Notes under the pieces: generated by a model | The model's database searches: none | The model's input: only the letters and a program-made list of their open reading frames with translations | What the model was told of the DNA's origin: nothing | Program-made: the position numbers and the translations under genes | Origin: Acidiferrobacteraceae bacterium | Lineage (GTDB): Bacteria > Pseudomonadota > Gammaproteobacteria > Acidiferrobacterales > JAJDNE01 | Direction: 5' to 3' | Assembly: GCA_037388825.1 (NCBI GenBank) | Contig: JARRJV010000025.1 | Span: 21,031 to 85,030 of the forward strand | Length of the DNA: 64,000 bases | Shown: one piece after another, positions 31,731 through 40,048 of the stretch | How the letters are laid out: each line of letters opens with the position of its first letter | How positions within the stretch are numbered: position 1 is the first letter of the stretch

Positions 31731-32679
31731 GCGCGCGTGGTCTCGGCAAGGTGGCGGTCCTGATGGGCGGACCCTCGGCGGAACGGGAGGTTTCCCTGCG
31801 CAGCGGCGCCGCCGTACTCGCCGCCCTGCAACGCCGCGGTGTGGATGCCCATGGGATCGACGCCGGTCGCGATGTGCTCAAACAACTTGAGCAGTAAGCA
31901 AAGGTATTCTAACATCAAGGTCTCTTGAATCTGTTGTAGCAAAATACCTGATAAACGATAAACAAGCAGAAAATTGGTGATGTATTACGTGAAAATTATT
32001 AATCCAGTGACTTCACAAAATATCTTACTGAAAAAGTGCATCAGACTAACGGTCAAGATGAAACATTCGAACAGAAACTGTCAGGTGCCTTAATCACGCT
32101 GGGGCCTCTACAGATGACTTTTAATTTTACCGGCAATTTCTTCAAACTCCTCTTTTACTGGGCCTGCCGATGGCGGTAAAACCCAATGCGCAGGGATCCA
32201 GTGTCGGCGTAAGCAGGGTAGACCGGCGCGAAGAACTTGCCACCGCCTGGGAGATGGCGCGCGCCCTGGACCCGGTTGTGCTGGCGGAGAGCTGGATTAC
32301 CGGGAAGGAGCTCCACGCCGCCATTCTTGACAACGAGCCGCTGCCCCTGGTGTGGGTGGAGGCGCCTGGCGGTTTCTATACCTACGACGCGAAGTACAAC
32401 TCCGACGCCACACGCTACCACTGCCCGAGCGGCCTTGACCCGGAGGTCGAGGAGAGGGTTCGCATGCTGGCCCTGCAGAGCTTTCACCTGCTCGGTTGTC
32501 GCGGCTGGGGGCGGGTCGATGTGCTGCTGGACGAGTCATCACACCCGTATGTGCTGGAGGTAAACACCCTGCCGGGTATGACGGACCACAGCCTGGTACC
32601 CATGGCGGCACGGGAAGCGGGCATGGATTTCGATGAACTGGTGATGCGAATTCTGGAGGGCAGCCATGGCGAGCGTTAA
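31727..32679 (+). pseudogene. ddl: D-alanine--D-alanine ligase, disrupted (N-terminal 56 codons and C-terminal ~172 codons, out of frame; central part replaced)
   Basis: The ATG at 31727 (ATGA overlap with murB) gives [56 protein letters not shown], then TAA at 31895. Ddl sequence resumes at about 32161 (GLPMAVKPNAQGSSVGVSRV...LEVNTLPGMTDHSLVPMAAREAGMDF...) in another frame. The ALHGRGGEDG block and the first half of the ATP-grasp central domain are absent. Confidence 0.85.
31895..32160. other. AT-rich (~36% GC) foreign-composition segment replacing the middle of ddl
   Basis: Composition breaks abruptly at both edges. Stops occur in all six frames. The 6-bp inverted termini are CAGTAA (31892-97) and TTACTG (32155-60). 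The content was not recognised. Confidence 0.8.
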
Positions 32680-33436
32680 TCCGGTCCCGCAGCTCAATCT
32701 GACCCGGTCCCTGTTTAATACTGGCCTGGTGCTGTTCTGGTCCCTGGTGGCGCTCGCGGTTGTGCTCGTGGGCCTGGACTGGGCATTAAAACCCGATACC
32801 TGGCCGGTGCGCAGCGTGAGTTTCCAGGGCCCGTTTCACCACGTGAGCCGGGGTCAGCTGGAAAACAGCGTGGTGGGCCAGTTGGCGGGCAATTTCCTGA
32901 GCGCGGACCTGCCCCGCGTGCAACAGACCGTCGAAGCCCTCCCCTGGGTGGATCAGGCCTGGGTCAGTCGTCGCTGGCCCAATGGCGTTCAGGTGCGCTT
33001 TACGGAGCAGCACTTCGTGGCGCGCTGGGGCGATTCGGCATGGGTCAATGGCAAGGGCAAGGTGGTCCGGCTTCCGCAAGACGACGGACCGGAGGATGTG
33101 GTGGGCCTGGCCGGACCGGAAGGCAGCGCCCCCCGGGTGTTGAAGCAGTACCAGGACCTCGAATCCATGTTCGCCGCGGCGGGCCTGCACGTCGACAAGC
33201 TTACGCTCAGCGACCGGCGTACCTGGAGCCTGGAACTGCACAACGGAATCTCCCTGGAATTCGGGCGCGAATCCCTGCAGCGATCCGCACAACGCTTTCT
33301 GCTGGCCTATCCCTATCTGGCCGCGTACATGGGGCGCATACGTCGAATCGACCTGCGCTACGCCAACGGTTTTGCCGTGGGGTGGAAGAGGGGGCAAGCG
33401 GTCCCCATCCGTCTCGCATCCAGCAACGAGAGGTGA
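32666..33436 (+). CDS. ftsQ: cell division protein FtsQ
   Basis: 256 aa. Bitopic, with a POTRA-type domain. The gene lies between ddl and ftsA. Confidence 0.9.
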   Translation: MASVNPVPQLNLTRSLFNTGLVLFWSLVALAVVLVGLDWALKPDTWPVRSVSFQGPFHHVSRGQLENSVVGQLAGNFLSADLPRVQQTVEALPWVDQAWVSRRWPNGVQVRFTEQHFVARWGDSAWVNGKGKVVRLPQDDGPEDVVGLAGPEGSAPRVLKQYQDLESMFAAAGLHVDKLTLSDRRTWSLELHNGISLEFGRESLQRSAQRFLLAYPYLAAYMGRIRRIDLRYANGFAVGWKRGQAVPIRLASSNER

Positions 33437-33439
33437 ACG

Positions 33440-34684
33440 ATGTCGAAAAAGGATAACGAACGTCTGGTGGTCGGACTGGATATTGGCACGTCCAAGGTCC
33501 TGGCCATCGTCGGCGAGGTCACCGCGGACGGAGAGGTGGAGATCATCGGCGTTGGCCACCACCCCTCACGAGGCCTGAAAAAGGGAGTGGTGGTGAACAT
33601 CGAATCCACCGTCCAGTCGATCCAGCGTGCGGTCGAGGAAGCGGAGTTGATGGCGGGATGCGAGATCCATTCCGTCTTTGCCGGGATCGCCGGAAGCCAT
33701 ATCAGCAGTTTCAATTCCCACGGAATTGTCGCGATCAAGGACAAGGAAGTGGGTGCAAGCGACGTCGAGCGTGTCATCGAGGCTGCGCGGGCGCTCGCTA
33801 TCCCGGCGGACCAGAAGGTACTGCACATCATTCCGCAGGAATACATCATCGACAAGCAGGAAGGGATCCGCGAGCCGGTCGGTATGAGTGGCGTGCGCCT
33901 GGAAGCCAAGGTGCACATCGTCACTGGCGCGGTCAGCGCGGCACAGAACATCATCAAGTGCGTTCGCCGCTGCGGGCTGGAAGTGGACGACATCATTCTC
34001 GAGCAACTCGCCTCCAGCATCGCCGTCATCACCGACGACGAGAAGGAGCTGGGCGTGTGCCTGGTGGATATCGGTGGCGGTACCACGGACATCGCCGTGT
34101 TCACGGACGGGGCTATCCGTCACACAGCAGTCATTCCCATCGCCGGCGACCAGGTGACGAATGACATTGCCGTGGCTATGCGCACGCCCATGCAGCATGC
34201 CGAGGAAATAAAGAAACAGTATGGCTGCGCGCTGACGCAACTGGCGCGTACCGACGAGACCATCGAGGTTCCCAGCGTCGGAGACCGTGCTCCGCGCAAG
34301 CTCGCACGCCAGACCCTTGCCGAGGTGATCGAACCACGCATCGAGGAGCTGTTCACCCTGGTTGCGGCGGAGCTGCGTCGCAGCGGATTCGAGGATCTTG
34401 TGGGGTCGGGTGTGGTGCTTACCGGTGGTAGTTCCAAGCTGCAGGGAATGGTGGAACTGGCCGAAGAGGTGTTTCACATGCCGGTACGGCTGGGCCTGCC
34501 CCACAACGTAAGCGGCCTGAGCGGCGTCGTTGAGAACCCGATGTATGCCACCGGTGTCGGCCTGGTCCAGTTTGGCGCCAGACATCGTGGCGGGTCCGAG
34601 TTCGTGCAACAACCCGGCCGGTCTTCGCCGGGAATGAAGGGTGTACTGAGTCGAATGAAGAGCTGGTTTCAGGGAAATTTCTGA
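33440..34684 (+). CDS. ftsA: cell division protein FtsA
   Basis: 414 aa. Actin-like ATPase (VGLDIGTSKV, DIGGGTTDIAVF). Confidence 0.94.
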   Translation: MSKKDNERLVVGLDIGTSKVLAIVGEVTADGEVEIIGVGHHPSRGLKKGVVVNIESTVQSIQRAVEEAELMAGCEIHSVFAGIAGSHISSFNSHGIVAIKDKEVGASDVERVIEAARALAIPADQKVLHIIPQEYIIDKQEGIREPVGMSGVRLEAKVHIVTGAVSAAQNIIKCVRRCGLEVDDIILEQLASSIAVITDDEKELGVCLVDIGGGTTDIAVFTDGAIRHTAVIPIAGDQVTNDIAVAMRTPMQHAEEIKKQYGCALTQLARTDETIEVPSVGDRAPRKLARQTLAEVIEPRIEELFTLVAAELRRSGFEDLVGSGVVLTGGSSKLQGMVELAEEVFHMPVRLGLPHNVSGLSGVVENPMYATGVGLVQFGARHRGGSEFVQQPGRSSPGMKGVLSRMKSWFQGNF

Positions 34685-34736
34685 TCGTGAGCGGAAGATT
34701 TTCTTTTAACGGGTGCAACAATCGGAGGAGCGACAC

Positions 34737-35867
34737 ATGTTTGAACTGATGGATACATACGGCCCGCAGGCCGTGATCAAGGTGATAGGCGTGGGAGGCG
34801 GAGGTGGCAATGCCGTCGACCACATGGTCCACGCGAGTATCGAAGGTGTGGAGTTCATCAATGCCAACACGGATTCCCAGGCGCTGGGCAAGACCCGGGC
34901 AGGGACCATCCTGCAACTGGGCGCAAGCCTGACCAAGGGGCTCGGGTGCGGTGCCGATCCCGATGTCGGTCGCCAGGCTGCGGTGGAAGACCGTGAGCGC
35001 ATCGCCGAGGTATTGAACGGCGCCGACATGGTGTTCATCACAGCCGGCATGGGCGGCGGAACCGGAACGGGGGCGGCGCCCATTGTTGCGCAGGTTGCAC
35101 GGGATCTCGACATCCTGACGGTGGCGGTCGTGACCAAGCCATTCCCCTTCGAGGGACGCAAGCGCATGGCAGTGGCGGATCAGGGCGCGAAGGATCTGGC
35201 GCAGTTCGTCGATTCCATTATCACGATTCCGAACGAGAAGCTGCTGACTGTGCTTGGCAAGGAGGCCACCTTGCTGGATGCCTTTGGCAAGGCCAACGAG
35301 GTTCTGCAGGGCGCGGTTCAGGGGATTGCCGAACTGATCACCCGCTCGGGCCTGATCAACGTCGACTTTGCCGATGTCCGCACGGTGATGTCGGAGATGG
35401 GCATGGCCATGATGGGATCGGCCTCTGCAGGTGGTGACAACCGGGCGAGTGAAGCGGCTATGGCTGCGGTGGCGAGTCCGCTGCTGGAAGACATCAACAT
35501 CTCCGGCGCCCGCGGCATCCTGGTGAATGTGACTGCCGGCCCCGACATGTCCATCGGCGAGTTCGAGGAGGTGGGCAATACCGTCAAGGAGTTCGCCTCG
35601 GAAGACGCAACCGTGGTTATGGGTACGGTCATCGATCCGGAAATGAGTGGAGAATTGAGGGTTACCCTGGTGGCGACCGGCCTGGGCCGTGAGGCCAAGC
35701 CGAAGCAGCCCTACCGGGTGATCAAGACCGGAACCGGGACCACGGATTTCGAGGATCTCGATACCCCGACCGTGATCCGCAAGCGGCGCGACCATGAGGA
35801 TGCCGCCGCCGCGGATTCGGTGGAGTACCTGGATATACCGGCCTTTCTGAGAAAGCAGGCCGACTAG
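34737..35867 (+). CDS. ftsZ: cell division protein FtsZ
   Basis: The ATG at 34737 follows GGAGGAG. The tubulin signature GGGTGTGAAP is present. The track start at 34713 is an extension. Confidence 0.95.
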   Translation: MFELMDTYGPQAVIKVIGVGGGGGNAVDHMVHASIEGVEFINANTDSQALGKTRAGTILQLGASLTKGLGCGADPDVGRQAAVEDRERIAEVLNGADMVFITAGMGGGTGTGAAPIVAQVARDLDILTVAVVTKPFPFEGRKRMAVADQGAKDLAQFVDSIITIPNEKLLTVLGKEATLLDAFGKANEVLQGAVQGIAELITRSGLINVDFADVRTVMSEMGMAMMGSASAGGDNRASEAAMAAVASPLLEDINISGARGILVNVTAGPDMSIGEFEEVGNTVKEFASEDATVVMGTVIDPEMSGELRVTLVATGLGREAKPKQPYRVIKTGTGTTDFEDLDTPTVIRKRRDHEDAAAADSVEYLDIPAFLRKQAD

Positions 35868-35910
35868 CCCGGTCTCCTGTGTCGCAAAGGACAGGGACGT
35901 CCACTTTTTT

Positions 35911-35955
35911 CGGTACCCCGGGGTTCACCCGGCCCCGGGTTACCGGCTTTCCTTC
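35911..35955 (+). terminator. hairpin terminator after ftsZ
   Basis: cggtaccccgggg / ccccgggttaccg form a 13-bp stem with one mismatch and a 9-nt loop. The hairpin is flanked by tttttt upstream and gctttcc downstream. Confidence 0.5.
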
Positions 35956-36302
35956 CCATTCCCGTAATGTCGCCTTCAAGTCACTGATCGGTGGTGTTTT
36001 TTCTCCTGCGATTGGAGATCGTCCGTGTTTGCGGGCAGTCGCTGGACCATGCCGGTTTTCGTCGATCCGTGCGTTTATCGGGGCACATCGACCGGACGTA
36101 GGGTCGCTTGCGGGCGCAAGCTGGACAGGTTCTAGAAATTGCCTTTAAATACATGGAATACCTAGGGAGTTTCCTATAAAGTTCCACGTTCCCGCGGGAC
36201 TCATGCCTGTGGGGCAGGGTGATTGATCTCTGGGGACGGTCTGGTTTGCGCAAGAATCCCGGCTATAGTGGGATGGCGAAAGCGCGGTGTACGAACAATA
36301 AA

Positions 36303-37217
36303 ATGATTCGACAAAGAACGCTGAAAAACACAATTCGAGCTACCGGTGTCGGCCTGCACACCGGTGACAAGATCTATCTGACCTTGCATCCGGCGCCTGT
36401 AGATACCGGCATTGTGTTTCGCCGAACCGATCTTAAAGAACCCGTCGATGTAAAAGCCTGTCCCCAGAACGTAAGTGATACCCGCCTTTCCACCACCATT
36501 GAAAAAGATGGTGTCCGAATCTCCACCATTGAACACCTGATGTCCGCCTTTGCCGGTCTGGGCATCGACAATGCATTGATCGAGTTAACGGCGGCCGAAG
36601 TCCCGATCATGGATGGTAGTGCAGGCCCGTTCGTTTTTCTCCTGCAGTCCGCCGGGATCGAGGAGCAGTCGGCACCAAAACGTTTTCTTCGTATCAAGCG
36701 CAGGATCGAGGTAAAGGAAGACAACAAGTGGGCGGTATTCGAGCCGTTCGACGGTTTCAAGGTATCCTTCACCATCGATTTTGATCATCCCATGTTCCAG
36801 AGCGCCCAGCAGACCGCGACCCTGGATCTGTCGACCACCTCATTCGTGAAAGAGATCAGTCGGGCGCGCACTTTCGGTTTCATCGCGGAGGTGGAAGCGT
36901 TGCAGAAAGCGGGATTTGCCCGTGGTGGCGGGTTCGACAATGCGGTTGTTCTCGACGATTTTCGGGTGCTGAACGAAGACGGTCTGCGCTATGACGATGA
37001 ATTCGTGAAGCACAAGATTCTGGACGCGATCGGGGATTTGTATCTGCTTGGTTATCCCCTCATTGGCGCGTTCAGCGCGTATCGTTCGGGACACTATATG
37101 AACAATCGCCTGCTGCGCGCCCTGATGGCACAGACCGATGCGTGGGAACTCGAATCCTTTGAAGAGAATGAGGAAGCGCCGATCGCCTTCGCGGCCGGTG
37201 CAATTCCCGCAGGCTAA
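36303..37217 (+). CDS. lpxC: UDP-3-O-acyl-GlcNAc deacetylase
   Basis: The ATG at 36303 gives [32 protein letters not shown]..., the canonical LpxC N-terminus. The product is 304 aa. Confidence 0.94.
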   Translation: MIRQRTLKNTIRATGVGLHTGDKIYLTLHPAPVDTGIVFRRTDLKEPVDVKACPQNVSDTRLSTTIEKDGVRISTIEHLMSAFAGLGIDNALIELTAAEVPIMDGSAGPFVFLLQSAGIEEQSAPKRFLRIKRRIEVKEDNKWAVFEPFDGFKVSFTIDFDHPMFQSAQQTATLDLSTTSFVKEISRARTFGFIAEVEALQKAGFARGGGFDNAVVLDDFRVLNEDGLRYDDEFVKHKILDAIGDLYLLGYPLIGAFSAYRSGHYMNNRLLRALMAQTDAWELESFEENEEAPIAFAAGAIPAG

Positions 37218-37286
37218 TCGCATGCCGATTTCCGAAACACGAATCCGCCCGGTACGAACCGGTACAGACAAGGAGCCAGCCTCGTC

Positions 37287-38228
37287 ATGAACATCATCAT
37301 CGTTCCCGACAAGGGCGGGTCCAGCCGCCATGCAAGTTTGTCGCACCGACATATTCTGGTCATGGCATTCGTTGGGCTGATTCTGATGCCGGTGCTGTTC
37401 GGTGTGATTACCTACCGTGCCAATGCCCTGCTTGAACGCTACAACGGAAGCGTTGATGCAGATCTCGTTCTTCGTCAGCAAAATGAGCTGCGCGCGCAGC
37501 GTGAAGCGATTCGCCAGGCCCGGGTCAATGCCGAGACCCATCTCAATGCCCTGGCGCAAAGGCTTGGCCATTTACAGGCCCAGATCATCCGCTTGAATGC
37601 CCTTGGCGGCCGTTTGACCCGCATGGCCGGCCTGGACCCGCGGGAATTCGATTTCTCGACCCAGCCGGCGATGGGTGGTCCGGCGGAATCTTCAACCGAC
37701 TTCAACGGGTCGATGATCATGTCCTCACTGAAGGAGCTTGATCAACAGGTATCCGAGAAATCGGAACAGTTGAACGCGCTTGAGTCGCTTCTCATCGATC
37801 GTCAGACGCGCAAGGCCCTGAGCCCCTACGGTTGGCCGGTAAAGGGATGGGTGTCCTCAAATTTCGGCATGCGGGCCGATCCATTTACCGGGCGTCTGTC
37901 CCTGCACAGCGGGGTCGACATCGCGAGTCCGCTGGGATCCGTCGTTCACGCCATGGGTGACGGCGTCGTAACCTACTCCGGCCCGCGTTTCGGCTACGGA
38001 AACCTGGTGGAGATCACCCACGGACAGGGCTATAGCACGCGCTATGCGCACCTCAGCGCCGAACTGGTGAAGGTTGGAGACCGGGTCAAGCGGGGACAAG
38101 CAATCGGACGCGTGGGCAGCACCGGCCGTTCTACCGGCCCGCACCTGCATGTCGAGGTGTTGCGCGATCACAAGAAGATCGACCCGATCAGCTTCCTGGA
38201 AAGCGGCGGACCGAAGGCCCGGAACTAG
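37287..38228 (+). CDS. M23-family murein endopeptidase (membrane-anchored, coiled-coil)
   Basis: 313 aa. HSGVDIA...GYGNLVEITHG...STGRSTGPHLHVEV is the LytM/M23 motif set. Confidence 0.88.
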   Translation: MNIIIVPDKGGSSRHASLSHRHILVMAFVGLILMPVLFGVITYRANALLERYNGSVDADLVLRQQNELRAQREAIRQARVNAETHLNALAQRLGHLQAQIIRLNALGGRLTRMAGLDPREFDFSTQPAMGGPAESSTDFNGSMIMSSLKELDQQVSEKSEQLNALESLLIDRQTRKALSPYGWPVKGWVSSNFGMRADPFTGRLSLHSGVDIASPLGSVVHAMGDGVVTYSGPRFGYGNLVEITHGQGYSTRYAHLSAELVKVGDRVKRGQAIGRVGSTGRSTGPHLHVEVLRDHKKIDPISFLESGGPKARN

Positions 38229-38256
38229 ACCGAACCGCGAACCGGTCCAGCTCCCG

Positions 38257-39891
38257 TTACGGCGCGGTTTGGAGACTGGCCCGACGCAGCGGATCTGCTG
38301 AGCTTCCATTCCCGATCCGGTACACCATTACCGAATTTCCACCACGAAGGTCGCGCCCCTGGGATGTCACCCAGAGTTGGGTGTTATCCGGTGACACCGC
38401 GAGGCCAACCGGATAGGAGTCCGCCGCCACCCGGGCAAGGGGCTTCAGGGTTCCTGCGTCCAGAACAACCACCTGACTCTCCTTGTTTGCCGCCGCAAAT
38501 ATCCAACGTCCATTTGGGGCAACGGCAATCGTCCGTGTCGATTCTCCGGTGTAGATTTCCCGTTCGGGTTTGAGCTTGCGCACATGCCTGCGAGCTGCAT
38601 GGACCAGATCTTCAATGCGGTAGCGTGATACATAGCCGGCGAAGTTGGAGCTTACGAAGAGCGTATGGCCGTCCGGGGAGAGTTCCAGATGCCGTGGTGT
38701 CGGGCGCATGCCGAACACGGTGTCGACGTAGCGCCGGCGGCGGACATCGATTACGGCAATGCCTCCTCCCCCCATGCGTGCCACCAGAAGGTAGCGGCTG
38801 TCGGGGGTAAAGGCCGCGCCCCGCAGACAAAAGCCGCACCCGTGATCCCGGTCCGCATCGTTGATCGTGTTCAGATTGAACTGGCGGCCGACAGTAATCA
38901 GTGCTGCCCGTCGGTAGCTCGAAGGTTTCTTGTTAAGGGTATCGATCAGGCCCACGGTATTGTCGCCCCAATGCACAACCGCCATCCAGTGGCCATCGGG
39001 TGAAGCGACGACATACTTGGGGATGGGGCCGGTACTCATGACACGCACGATCCTATCCGTGCGTACATCAATGATCGCCACGGCAGAAGGCATTTTGGAC
39101 AAACGATCGTAGTCGCGCCGGTAGTAGGGGACCCAGAGATAGTGGCCGTCGATGGACAGCGCCGATTCCACCGGTTTTCCGGAAAACTGGTTGGGGTCCG
39201 CCGGTACGCCGGAATCCGGGAAGCGCAGCCACGGACTGCCGCCGTGGCGCGAATCAAACAGCCCGGCATCGTTCTGGTCGAAATGGTGGACAATGGTATC
39301 GATGCGCCGCAGGTGGCGTGGATCGTAGACCACCGTCGTGAACCCCTCCAGGGCATTCACGTACACCTTGCTCCCGTCTTCAAGGAAGCGGACGGATTTC
39401 GGCGAAAAGACAAACGGGTCGAAATGATCGCTGGTATTCGCCGGACGCGGATTGTAGTGCTGGAATCTGGCAATCAGTTCCAGCGTGGGTCCAGTGGACG
39501 GGGCGTCCGGGGACGGAGCGGAAACGGCGCCAATGGGAACCCGAACCAGGGGCTCAAGCCTGCCGTCCAGATTGTCTTGGGCCTCCCTGAGGTAGCGCGC
39601 AAGTTCCGGCGGACCCGCTTTCAGGCGGCTGGCCTCCCGCCAATGACGCACGACCCGGGCCCAGTCGCCCTGGACCCAGTAGCTCCAGCCGAGTTCGTAG
39701 TGCGCGGGCCCGAGGCCGGGTTTCAGGCTGAGGGCTTTCTTGTAGGCCTTGATGGCGTCCTCGGTCTTGTGGGCCTGTTGCAGCGCCATGCCCTGGCGGT
39801 AGGCATCTTCCGCCGGCCCCGCCCACACAGGGGATCCTGCCGCCAAAGAGCACAAAAAAACCGGCAAGATCAGGAACTGAGGGCGAATCAT
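38257..39891 (-). CDS. secreted TPR plus beta-propeller (YncE/YVTN-like) repeat protein, function unknown
   Basis: Taken from [24 protein letters not shown] (signal peptide). TPR-like helices come next ([10 protein letters not shown]...[13 protein letters not shown]). About 380 aa of repeated propeller-blade-like segments follow (SPDG..L.V, VIDV). Confidence 0.6.
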   Translation of the reverse strand: MIRPQFLILPVFLCSLAAGSPVWAGPAEDAYRQGMALQQAHKTEDAIKAYKKALSLKPGLGPAHYELGWSYWVQGDWARVVRHWREASRLKAGPPELARYLREAQDNLDGRLEPLVRVPIGAVSAPSPDAPSTGPTLELIARFQHYNPRPANTSDHFDPFVFSPKSVRFLEDGSKVYVNALEGFTTVVYDPRHLRRIDTIVHHFDQNDAGLFDSRHGGSPWLRFPDSGVPADPNQFSGKPVESALSIDGHYLWVPYYRRDYDRLSKMPSAVAIIDVRTDRIVRVMSTGPIPKYVVASPDGHWMAVVHWGDNTVGLIDTLNKKPSSYRRAALITVGRQFNLNTINDADRDHGCGFCLRGAAFTPDSRYLLVARMGGGGIAVIDVRRRRYVDTVFGMRPTPRHLELSPDGHTLFVSSNFAGYVSRYRIEDLVHAARRHVRKLKPEREIYTGESTRTIAVAPNGRWIFAAANKESQVVVLDAGTLKPLARVAADSYPVGLAVSPDNTQLWVTSQGRDLRGGNSVMVYRIGNGSSADPLRRASLQTAP

Positions 39892-40048
39892 GCAGTCTAT
39901 TGTAGCCATCACGTTAAGAAGGGGAAGGTCGTCTGTCGGCGCCGGATGGCCGGAGCTCCGGTCCGGGAAGCTGCTTCAAGTCCCGACCTTTTTCCTCCAT
40001 AATGCCCGTTTTTTCAGGCCGGGCAGCCCCGGCCGCAATCCGGTATCC

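Noticed and set aside
31980-32093. 37-codon ATG ORF (MYYVKIINPVTSQ...) inside the AT-rich block as a real gene, for example a small toxin.
   Set aside because: There is no convincing RBS, no hydrophobic or otherwise recognisable toxin-like character, and nothing to compare against. It is kept only as a note within the finding.
31895-32160. The AT-rich block in ddl as a group I/II intron, an intein, or an IS/transposon insertion.
   Set aside because: About 85-90 ddl codons are missing rather than just interrupted, and the flanks are out of frame. The block has stops in all frames, so it is not an intein. At 266 nt with no ORF, it is too small for a group II intron or an IS. No transposase is present and no target-site duplication is visible. 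The 6-bp inverted termini are too short to be significant on their own.
36100-36302. Lower-GC patch upstream of lpxC as possible foreign DNA or an sRNA.
   Set aside because: It lies in a 435-nt intergenic region that must hold the lpxC promoter and leader. The AT enrichment is modest and typical of promoter regions. No terminator-bounded unit or repeat was seen.
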